A stretch of 32,000 nucleotides of DNA, taken from NCBI RefSeq assembly GCF_008000775.2, contig NZ_CP042905.2, positions 1,920,001-1,952,000 of the forward strand. The letters are read 5' to 3'. The notes beneath the pieces were generated by a model that did not search any database, was not told the origin of the DNA, and saw nothing but the letters and a program-made list of their open reading frames with translations. Both the position numbers and the translations under genes were made by a program. This stretch comes from Promethearchaeum syntrophicum. Lineage in GTDB: Archaea; Asgardarchaeota; Lokiarchaeia; Sigyniarchaeales; Promethearchaeaceae. Each line of letters starts with the position of its first letter. Position 1 is the first letter of the stretch. Shown piece after piece: positions 24,650 to 32,000 of the stretch.

Positions 24650-25600
24650 TTATTTCTTTCCTTCCATCCACTTCAATAAATTTGGTTGTGATTCATTAAA
24701 CATTTGAGTTCCACTTTTTCCATTTATTGCTTCGATAATTGTATCAATTGAAGTGATTATTGCACGGTCTCCTCCAGACTCAAGAAAATTTACTGCGGCT
24801 TGAACCTTTGGACCCATACTTCCTGCTGGAAATTGACCTTCTTTGAGATATTGTTTTGCTTCACTCAATGTTAGAGAATCGAGTTGTTTTTCATTAGGAG
24901 TATTGAAATTAATTGCCACTTTTTTTACATCGGTGGCAATTATCAAGATATTGGCATGGATTTGCTCTCCTAATTTTGCGCTAGCTAAATCTTTATCAAT
25001 AACCGCTTCAACTCCTTCTAAACTTTTCCCCTTTTTAAATACGGGAATTCCTCCTCCACCACAAGTTATCAAAATAAAATTTTCTTGAATTAATTTATTT
25101 ATTTCTCGATATTGATAGATTTTAAGTGGTTTGGGGGAAGGAACAACTCTTCTCCATCCTTTAGATGTTTTTACAAACCCTGGCTGAGGATCGGGATAAC
25201 TAGGTCCGATTGGCTTCGTAGGGTTTGTGAATGCAGGATCATTTTCATCAACCCGTACATAACAAAGAATTGAGCAGAATAATTTTTCATCATCTAAACC
25301 TAATTTCATTAATTCTTCATCCAAAGTTGATTCAATCATAAATCCAATTTGACCTTGGGATAATGCTCCAAGGAGTCCAAGAGGCATTTGTGGAACTTCA
25401 TCAGTCGCCATTTGTTGTAAGAGCAGATTACCGACTTGTGGACCATTCCCATGGGTAATAACAACATTATATTCTCTAGATAATTCAGCTATTTGCCCAA
25501 TGGGTTTTCGCAAGTTTTCAAATTGCTCTTTTGCTGTACCTCTTTGCCCTTTTTGAATTAATGCATTTCCACCCAGTGCTACGATTATTCTCTGTCTCAT
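24650..25600 (-). CDS. arcC: carbamate kinase
   Basis: IVALGGNAL, HGNGPQVGNLLLQQ, NPTKPIGP, GWRRVVPSPKP, CGGGGIPV, GVEAVIDKDLAS and FPAGSMGPKV are all carbamate kinase blocks. Confidence 0.93.
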   Translation of the reverse strand: MRQRIIVALGGNALIQKGQRGTAKEQFENLRKPIGQIAELSREYNVVITHGNGPQVGNLLLQQMATDEVPQMPLGLLGALSQGQIGFMIESTLDEELMKLGLDDEKLFCSILCYVRVDENDPAFTNPTKPIGPSYPDPQPGFVKTSKGWRRVVPSPKPLKIYQYREINKLIQENFILITCGGGGIPVFKKGKSLEGVEAVIDKDLASAKLGEQIHANILIIATDVKKVAINFNTPNEKQLDSLTLSEAKQYLKEGQFPAGSMGPKVQAAVNFLESGGDRAIITSIDTIIEAINGKSGTQMFNESQPNLLKWMEGKK

Positions 25601-25635
25601 AATTTAGCCTCTTTAGAATTTTTAATTAATTTGAA

Positions 25636-26592
25636 TTAATCCATAATTCCTAAAAGGAATAGGATGATTGCTTTTTGAACATGAAGTCTATTTTCTGCTT
25701 GATCAAATACAATAGATTGAGGTCCATCAATTACTTCAGCTGATTCTTCATATCCACGTTTAGCTGGTAAACAATTCATAAAGACTGCATCAGTCTTAGC
25801 ATTTCCCATTACTTTAGCATTTACTTGAAATGGCATGAATAATTTGACGCGAGTATCTTCTTCATCTTTTGGAATACCGTAGCTCATCCATGAATCTGCA
25901 TATAGAATATCTGCATCTTTAGCAGCTTCCATTGCATCATGAACAACACGGATTACAGATCCGGTTTTCTTTGAAATTTCTGCAATTTCTTCTAAGACTT
26001 CTGCTTCTGGAGAGTATTTTGGATCGTTTGGACAAGCTACATCCATATTCATTCCAAACATTGCGCACATTCTCATTAAATCATAAGTCACATTATTATA
26101 TGAATCCCCAAAGAAAGACAGTTTAAGATTGTCAAAACTCCCCTTTTTTTCCTTTATGGTTTGAAAATCACACAAAATTTGACATGGGTGAGCAAAATCA
26201 TCAAGCATGTTAATAACTGGAACATCTGAGCTTTTTGCAATATCTTGAATTTCTTTTCGTTTGTACACGCGTGCTGAAATTATATCTGCATAACGTGAAG
26301 CACATTTTGCAGTATCCTCTATGGTTTCTTTTACTCCAATGTTAGATCCTTGAATCGAATAAAAGATTGCATGGCCTCCCAATTGAGTCATTCCGGTCTC
26401 AAATGATACACGAGTCCGTAATGAAGGTTTTGCAAAAAACATTAAGAGTGTTCTATACTTCAATTTGGAAGTATATTTAGAATTGAACTTATCAGCTTTC
26501 ATTTTTATTGAATAATCAATAATATTTTCGCACTCTTCTCTAGTAAAATCAGATACTTTTGTTAAGTTTCGAATTTCCATTTTTTCCATCAA
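25636..26592 (-). CDS. ornithine-carbamoyltransferase-family enzyme with non-canonical substrate motifs
   Basis: Full-length OTC/PTC-like collinearity: FAKPSLRTRVSFE, HPCQILCD, FDQAENRLHVQKA. However STRTR->SLRTR, DxWxSMG->DSWMSYG and HCLPA->NCLPA. Confidence 0.85.
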   Translation of the reverse strand: MMEKMEIRNLTKVSDFTREECENIIDYSIKMKADKFNSKYTSKLKYRTLLMFFAKPSLRTRVSFETGMTQLGGHAIFYSIQGSNIGVKETIEDTAKCASRYADIISARVYKRKEIQDIAKSSDVPVINMLDDFAHPCQILCDFQTIKEKKGSFDNLKLSFFGDSYNNVTYDLMRMCAMFGMNMDVACPNDPKYSPEAEVLEEIAEISKKTGSVIRVVHDAMEAAKDADILYADSWMSYGIPKDEEDTRVKLFMPFQVNAKVMGNAKTDAVFMNCLPAKRGYEESAEVIDGPQSIVFDQAENRLHVQKAIILFLLGIMD

Positions 26593-26653
26593 TCCTTAAT
26601 AGTATATATATTCTGTATAAAAAAAAAAGCAATAAATAATGAATATTTGTTGC

Positions 26654-28012
26654 TTATTTCATTTTAGCAATTAATTCATCAAGCATTGATTCGATTGAAG
26701 GAGTTCCAATTGCCTCAATATCATAGTCAATTCTTACAATTGGTTTATTGCATTTAATTAATTTTCCTAAATCAATTGGACTTCCATCGATTACAACCTC
26801 TGCAGGAACTGCGTTAATTGTATCTTCCATATCTTTGATTTGTTCATCATTATATCCCATAGCAGGAACAATATCGTCTAATTGTGGAAATTCTTCAAAT
26901 ACTTTCTTCATTCCGCCTTTTAAATATGGTTTAGGATCCACGACAATGCCATTATTTTCGCGTGCTGCAATCATTCCCGCACCGTAAGCCATCATACCAT
27001 GTGTTAATGTAGGACCATCTTCAACCACTAAAACTTTTTTGCCATTAATCATTCCTTCTTTTCCTGCTTCAACAGTTACTAAAGAATTGGTTCTGATTAC
27101 TGCTGCATTTGGGTTTAAGATTTTCATATTATCCTCAACTACTTTTACATCCTCTGGTTTTGCGCTGTTTAATTTATTTAATACAAAAGCATGGCACATT
27201 CTAGCATTTACTTCTCCAGGATGAAATTCTACTTCATGACCTGGTCGTAATGGATCTACTACTGTAAACATCAAATCAGGAACATAAAATGAGACTTCGT
27301 TGTTTCCACCGTCAAAAACTATAATATCTGCTTCTTTTTCAGCTTCTTCGATTATTTTTTGGTAATCAACACCAGAATAAATAACGAGGCCTTGTTCAAT
27401 GTAAGGTTCATATTCTTCACGTTCTTCTATAGTACATTTATATTTGTCTAAATCACTATATTCTGCGAATCTCATGCAAGTTTGTTCAATTAAATCACCA
27501 TAAGGCATAGGTTCTCTTATTGCAACTACTTTAAACCCTTTTTTAACTAAATATCTATAAACCGCCCGAGAAACTTGGGATTTTCCACAACCTGTTCGGA
27601 CTGCTGTAATAGCAACAACTGGCTTATTTGATTTTATTTGTGTGTATTTAGGGCTGATAATTCGATAATTCGCACCATAGGAAAGAGCCCTGGATCCTTT
27701 ATGCATTACTTCTTGATGTGGAACATCTGAGTAAGCAAAAACTACTTCATCGATTTCATTATCTTTAATGAATGCTTCCATTCTTGGTTCAATAATCATT
27801 GGAATACCATTTGGATATAATTTACCCGCTAATTCTGGAGGATATTTTCTTTCTTGTTCTTCTAAAGTACCAACATTCTGTTCGCCAGCAATTGTAAAAG
27901 CACAAACTTCATATTCTTCATTGTCACGAAAAACCGTGTTAAAACAATGAAAGTCAAAACCAAGGGCTCCAATTATTACAACTTTTTTTTTTGCCATTTT
28001 TTTCATTCTCAA
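26654..28012 (-). CDS. COG2403-type P-loop protein (family often annotated 'predicted GTPase / cyclic 2,3-diphosphoglycerate synthetase-like')
   Basis: VVIIGALGFDFHCFNTVFRDNEEYEV...VVFAYSDVPHQEVMH...VVAITAVRTGCGKSQVSRAV...IREPMPYGD matches my recollection of this family. Function not assignable from sequence. Confidence 0.55.
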   Translation of the reverse strand: MRMKKMAKKKVVIIGALGFDFHCFNTVFRDNEEYEVCAFTIAGEQNVGTLEEQERKYPPELAGKLYPNGIPMIIEPRMEAFIKDNEIDEVVFAYSDVPHQEVMHKGSRALSYGANYRIISPKYTQIKSNKPVVAITAVRTGCGKSQVSRAVYRYLVKKGFKVVAIREPMPYGDLIEQTCMRFAEYSDLDKYKCTIEEREEYEPYIEQGLVIYSGVDYQKIIEEAEKEADIIVFDGGNNEVSFYVPDLMFTVVDPLRPGHEVEFHPGEVNARMCHAFVLNKLNSAKPEDVKVVEDNMKILNPNAAVIRTNSLVTVEAGKEGMINGKKVLVVEDGPTLTHGMMAYGAGMIAARENNGIVVDPKPYLKGGMKKVFEEFPQLDDIVPAMGYNDEQIKDMEDTINAVPAEVVIDGSPIDLGKLIKCNKPIVRIDYDIEAIGTPSIESMLDELIAKMK

Positions 28013-28471
28013 AATTTTTTTATGTTTAGTTATGATATGTAAATAAAAATGACTCTTCTGGGGTAATTCTTAACGATTTACCCACTTAGAGGAAATCTAT
28101 GGACTTTTCAGCAATCGGTTATAACAATTTTCAAAAAAATTGATAAGACCAGATGATGATTTAAATCCACACTTCTAAACTTTTAACCTATGTTCCTACA
28201 TATCCGCATATATTTAAAATTTCGGGTCAAAATTCAAAAAGTCTAAACATTCCTATAATTATGTTAGAGATTTGCATGTTTCCTATATTTATTTTCGGCT
28301 TTTTTCCGATTATATAGTAAAAAATGTTATTTTATAATTGTTTCTCCGCTATGGAATCCAATTCTCTTTTTAAATTATCATCAATGTGTTTTAATCGGGC
28401 TCGCTCTGCAATTTTTTTTGCTATGTTTTTTGGTTCTTCAAACAAAAATTATTAACTGACTTAATTTCTAT

Positions 28472-29821
28472 TTAATAAATATAATTGTTTGATTTTTTCT
28501 TCAATTTTGCGATAAAAAATCCATTGGTATTGTGGATTGTTGGAAAGAATCTTCCAGCACCAAGAAGAGAAGAATTATTAATTTTATAACAAGGTGAAAT
28601 CCAAGATGGGAGTTTTTCTATTTCAAATTTGTCAAGAATTTTATTTATATGGAGTTCTCCTTCTTCTGGATAGAAACTGCAGGTTGAATATAAAAGAATT
28701 CCACCTGGTTTTAATATATAATAGGCTCTTTCAATCAATTTTTCTTGCAGGAACACATTCTGATTTAAGAATTTTAGATTTTGTCTCCATTTTAATTCTG
28801 GATGAGTTGAAAAAGTACCACTACCTGTGCATGGGGCATCTAGAAGAATTTTATCAAATTGAACTCCATCAATCTCTCTGATTGGTGGGTGTATTCCATC
28901 TCCATGTATAAGATGATAGTTTTCAGATGGTATTTTTTGCATCATTGGTCTTATTTGTTTTAATCGAGTTAAGTTAAAATCTACTGCAACAATATTTGCT
29001 CTATTTTTGGAGATTTGTGCAATGAGTCTAGTTTTCATTCCGGGAGCAGCACATAAATCACAAATTTTTTCATTTTCTTGCGGATTCATTAAATAAACAC
29101 TCGCAATTGATGATTTATCTTGAATAATGAATTTATTTTCTTGATAAAATTTAGAAGCAATTATTTTTGCCTTATGTTTTAATGGTATATGAATGGTCTT
29201 TGGAATATCCTCATCCTTTATGAAATTTAAATGGCGAAATTTATTTTCAAAATCAATTAATTCATCTTCTGATTGCAATCTGATTGTAAAATTTCCTATC
29301 CGGGCTTGAACATCCATTTTTTCTGAATTCGATTGGATTTCATTAAGATTCATGACGGGAAGAAGTTTTTGAATAAAAAATGTAGGAATCGCATCTTGAA
29401 TACTCAACTTCTCGATTTTGGTTTTTCCTTTTAGGGCATATTCCCATTTAAAATTGGATAATCTTTCATAAAACTGCTTGAATAAATGAATTTGATCCTT
29501 TTTTAAAGATAATGGAAATGATTCATTCTTAATTTTATCCCAACTTTTTTTTTCCCAAAAAAAAGCATATACCGCATAAAAAAGCAGATTTTCATGAATT
29601 ATCCTTTGTGTCTTATCAATTTTCATGGAACGAAGTGTTTTATTTAATATAAATTGAATTTTGTTCTTGTACCGAATAATTTCCATTAAATAATGCTTTG
29701 TATATGTGTCATTTTTATATGTAGGTAATAGTATTTGATGATCTAAATATTTCTGGATAATTTCTAGTAAAATTGGAATACCTTGAGATGACTCGCTTTC
29801 AAGTTTTTTTGAGGCATTCAT
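28472..29821 (-). CDS. NOL1/NOP2/Sun-family RNA cytosine-C5 methyltransferase
   Basis: DLCAAPGMKT (SAM motif I), LLDAPCTGSGT (motif IV Cys) and LLYSTCS (motif VI Cys). Confidence 0.9.
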   Translation of the reverse strand: MNASKKLESESSQGIPILLEIIQKYLDHQILLPTYKNDTYTKHYLMEIIRYKNKIQFILNKTLRSMKIDKTQRIIHENLLFYAVYAFFWEKKSWDKIKNESFPLSLKKDQIHLFKQFYERLSNFKWEYALKGKTKIEKLSIQDAIPTFFIQKLLPVMNLNEIQSNSEKMDVQARIGNFTIRLQSEDELIDFENKFRHLNFIKDEDIPKTIHIPLKHKAKIIASKFYQENKFIIQDKSSIASVYLMNPQENEKICDLCAAPGMKTRLIAQISKNRANIVAVDFNLTRLKQIRPMMQKIPSENYHLIHGDGIHPPIREIDGVQFDKILLDAPCTGSGTFSTHPELKWRQNLKFLNQNVFLQEKLIERAYYILKPGGILLYSTCSFYPEEGELHINKILDKFEIEKLPSWISPCYKINNSSLLGAGRFFPTIHNTNGFFIAKLKKKSNNYIY

Positions 29822-29839
29822 TATTATTCCTCAATACTT

Positions 29840-30946
29840 TTATTTAAACTTTAAATCAAAGAGTTGCTTGCATTTATAACACTTTCTTGAACTGGAAGGT
29901 AATTTTTTACCACAATTTGGGCAATTGAAGTGCTTTTGGTTTTTTTCAATTTCAATAATTATTATATTTTTATTTTTATCTTTAAATTTGGAATCGAATT
30001 TCCTTTTAGGAGTTGGGGAGCCTAGTTTTCCATCTCTAATTTGTACGAACGCTACTGTGTAAATTACTGGCACAAGGAAAAAGAGAATACTTTGCGTAAA
30101 AAGAATCGTAAAATTGTATATATATAGCATTCCTAAATTACGAGTAGTGGGATTAATCCAAGTTTCGTAATTATTTTCTGTCAATCCTATTAATTCCATA
30201 AAGGGTACTTGAAATAAATATTGAATTAACATTGGAATAAAAATTGAAATTGTTAGAATTATAATTAATTTTGCAAAAAACCCTTTAACATAAAATAAAC
30301 CTCCTCTAATGGTTTCCATTCCTTCTTTTTCATCAATAATTAAGGAATGAATTGAAAATATTCCAGAATAAATTACCAAGATTCCAGGAATAATAAAGAT
30401 ACTAAAACCTGTTGAAATTAAAACTGAACCAAAGATTATTATAAATGCTGATGTCAATGCCCTTTTTCCAGAATTGAATGGTTTTGAAATCGATTTAATC
30501 CAAGTTGAAGGCGCATCCTCATCTTCATAATACAAAGAATATATTTTACCGATTGATATCATTAATAGGGGAAGAAGAATAAAGAATAACAAACTTCCTT
30601 CCGCTATATTTGTAATTAAGAAAAGTGTCGGGTAATTTCTATATATTGTATTCAATTCATCCGAAAGAACATAATCCGGATCTTCACTTAGCAAATCTAC
30701 TATTTCTTTATACTCGTTGCCCATTTCAAGAATAGTTGATTTTGCTCCAGTCAAAATTAGTAAGTTTAATCCTGCAATTATAAGTGTGAGAAGAAAAATG
30801 AAAATTAGGGTTGGAAATATCGTTTTCTTCAACAATTTTAAGGAATCTAAGAAAATTGTGCCTAAAGAAAGATCAAATTTTTTCTCTGAAAGGGTTAAAT
30901 CTACATCTATTTTATTTTCCGACATCATAATACCAGAATTTTCCAC
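29840..30946 (-). CDS. polytopic membrane protein with cytoplasmic C-terminal zinc ribbon
   Basis: Six or more hydrophobic helices. C-terminus HFNCPNCGKKLPSSSRKCYKCKQLF (CxxC...CxxC). Confidence 0.6.
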   Translation of the reverse strand: MENSGIMMSENKIDVDLTLSEKKFDLSLGTIFLDSLKLLKKTIFPTLIFIFLLTLIIAGLNLLILTGAKSTILEMGNEYKEIVDLLSEDPDYVLSDELNTIYRNYPTLFLITNIAEGSLLFFILLPLLMISIGKIYSLYYEDEDAPSTWIKSISKPFNSGKRALTSAFIIIFGSVLISTGFSIFIIPGILVIYSGIFSIHSLIIDEKEGMETIRGGLFYVKGFFAKLIIILTISIFIPMLIQYLFQVPFMELIGLTENNYETWINPTTRNLGMLYIYNFTILFTQSILFFLVPVIYTVAFVQIRDGKLGSPTPKRKFDSKFKDKNKNIIIIEIEKNQKHFNCPNCGKKLPSSSRKCYKCKQLFDLKFK

Positions 30947-30995
30947 AAATAAAAAAATTTTTTAATAATATAAAAGAAAGATACAAGAGAATGCG

Positions 30996-31790
30996 ATGAA
31001 AGTCGGGTATATCCAGTTAAAAACTCATTTTGGTGAAAAACAAAAAAATTTTAATAAAGTTGCAGATTTGCTGAAAGATGTTGATGATGCAGATATTGTC
31101 GTACTTCCGGAACTTTTTGCTACAGGATATACATTTAAATCTATAGAAGAAGTTCAAAGCTTATCCGAATCTAAAGATGGAGAAACTTCTAAATTTTTAC
31201 AGAAGATGGCAAAAAGAACCAATGCTGTATTTATTGGGGGATTTGTTGAAAAATTTGAAAACAAATTATTTAATTCTGCAATGATGGTTTCAAAAGAAGA
31301 AGTTATTGATATCTATCGGAAGCTCCATTTGTTTAACAAAGAAAAAAAATGGTTTTCACCTGGAAACACGAAATTAACTGTAAACAACATCAAAGGTACT
31401 AAAGTAGGAATGATGATATGCTTTGACTGGACTTTTCCTGAAGTAACTAGGACCCTCTCATTATTAGGTGCTGAAATTATTGCTCATCCCGCTAATTTAG
31501 TATTGCCCTATTGTCAAAATGCGATGAAAACGCGATGTTTTTGCAACAGACTTTATGCAATAACTGCTAACAGAATCGGTGTTGAACAACGTGGTGAAGA
31601 TTCTTTTGAATTCACTGGAAGAAGCCAAATTACATCATATAGCGGTGAAATTCTATCTTCGGCACCCTCTGATGCAGAGTTCGTTGACATTGTAGAAATA
31701 TTTCCAAAAAAAACCCGAAATAAAAATATAAATCAATTTAATAATGTTCATGAAGATAGAAGAGAAAAATTTTATTGGAATAATTTGTAA
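30996..31790 (+). CDS. carbon-nitrogen hydrolase (nitrilase superfamily)
   Basis: Catalytic Glu VVLPELFATGY, Lys YRKLHLF and Cys MMICFDWTFPE. Confidence 0.9.
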   Translation: MKVGYIQLKTHFGEKQKNFNKVADLLKDVDDADIVVLPELFATGYTFKSIEEVQSLSESKDGETSKFLQKMAKRTNAVFIGGFVEKFENKLFNSAMMVSKEEVIDIYRKLHLFNKEKKWFSPGNTKLTVNNIKGTKVGMMICFDWTFPEVTRTLSLLGAEIIAHPANLVLPYCQNAMKTRCFCNRLYAITANRIGVEQRGEDSFEFTGRSQITSYSGEILSSAPSDAEFVDIVEIFPKKTRNKNINQFNNVHEDRREKFYWNNL

Positions 31791-31811
31791 AATTAAGAAG
31801 GTAATACGTTT

Positions 31812-32000
31812 ATGAATACCCAAGATAAAAATGGAATTAAAACTAAAATTAATGAAGACACAAATAATATAACTTTTAAAAGAAATTCTCAGATGTTTGA
31901 ATTAAAAAATACAAATGATTTTCTAACATTTTCATTATTTGATAACGGTATATCATTAAAAGATGGTACAAGCGCTCTTCTAATCCGTGAAGGAAAAAAA
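31812..32000 (+). CDS. 5' part of an ORF running off the window (hypothetical)
   Basis: ATG at 31812, open for 63 codons to the window edge (MNTQDKNGIKTKINED...). No family recognised. Confidence 0.3.
   Translation, partial: MNTQDKNGIKTKINEDTNNITFKRNSQMFELKNTNDFLTFSLFDNGISLKDGTSALLIREGKK

Noticed and set aside
28150-28215. C/D-box sRNA (C-box-like gATGATGA at 28152-28159)
   Set aside because: No CTGA D or D' box lies within the following ~80 nt on that strand, so the C-box match is probably chance.
28332-28445. 37-aa minus-strand ORF (MFEEPKNIAKKIAERARLKHIDDNLKRELDSIAEKQL) in the long spacer
   Set aside because: It requires a TTG start, is very short, and shows no recognisable motif or ribosome-binding context. 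The evidence is insufficient to call it a gene.
3020-30965. Antisense or alternative-frame 'shadow' ORFs of 60-122 aa. Examples: 3020-3292, 6768-7001, 7206-7565, 7438-7629, 7556-7744, 9457-9825, 10068-10295, 10214-10396, 12045-12233, 13248-13442, 13859-14095, 14779-14967, 15830-16153, 16435-16656, 17874-18128, 19311-19520, 19631-19828, 23429-23761, 23745-23963, 24025-24225, 24363-24626, 24843-25088, 25932-26126, 26748-26987, 27039-27224, 27768-27950, 28594-28881, 30717-30965.
   Set aside because: Each lies entirely (or, for a few such as 6768-7001, 24363-24626 and 30717-30965, almost entirely) inside a longer ORF with clear family-level motifs on the other strand or in another frame. Their translations are low-complexity or unrecognisable.
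1-32000. tRNA, rRNA or other structured RNA genes
   Set aside because: I scanned the intergenic regions and GC-rich patches by eye. I found no cloverleaf-compatible segments or rRNA-like sequence. The only GC-rich stretches are coding (7.3-7.7 kb). A covariance-model scan would be needed to exclude small RNAs.

Overview
AT-rich (~30% GC by eye) archaeal chromosomal segment with compact genes, several overlapping or near-abutting gene ends, and no rRNA, tRNA or CRISPR that I could recognise. The gene content combines archaeal markers (FAU-1-type ribonuclease, M42/TET peptidase, archaeosortase-like protein, MutS2-like ATPase) with several eukaryote-like regulatory proteins. This suggests an Asgard (Loki/Promethearchaeia-like) genome, but that attribution is inference.

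Main signal: three paralogous multidomain GTPases at 3543-4958(-), 5928-6953(-) and 14754-16280(+). Each has a GTPase core with Arf/Sar-like G1/G3 motifs, Rag/Gtr-like G4 (HKxD) and G5 (TSI[FY]...[SF]P[NQ]) motifs, and a C-terminal roadblock-like domain. Two of them also carry an N-terminal domain that aligns block by block with my recollection of the folliculin (FLCN/Lst7) longin domain. In one copy this includes an 'IKDESARG' motif at the position of the FLCN arginine finger. A longin/roadblock-like + wHTH protein (1520-2185) lies nearby.

Second signal: a GC-elevated island (~7.2-11.5 kb). It holds two orphan genes, a seven-blade beta-propeller surface protein, and a ~1 kb non-coding block (8119-9067). 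That block is bounded by ~75-nt imperfect inverted arms carrying CGGAAATAAA iterons and is filled with at least 7 same-orientation copies of a 19-nt motif (AGTTGCAAATTTATCTTTG).

The right half is mostly housekeeping or catabolic. It includes a probable operon of COG2403-type P-loop protein, non-canonical carbamoyltransferase, carbamate kinase and ornithine aminotransferase. It also has an NSUN-type RNA m5C methyltransferase, a nitrilase-family hydrolase, a flavodoxin, a PurM-like/LOG-like pair and a Zn-ribbon-SCP2/GDPD pair.
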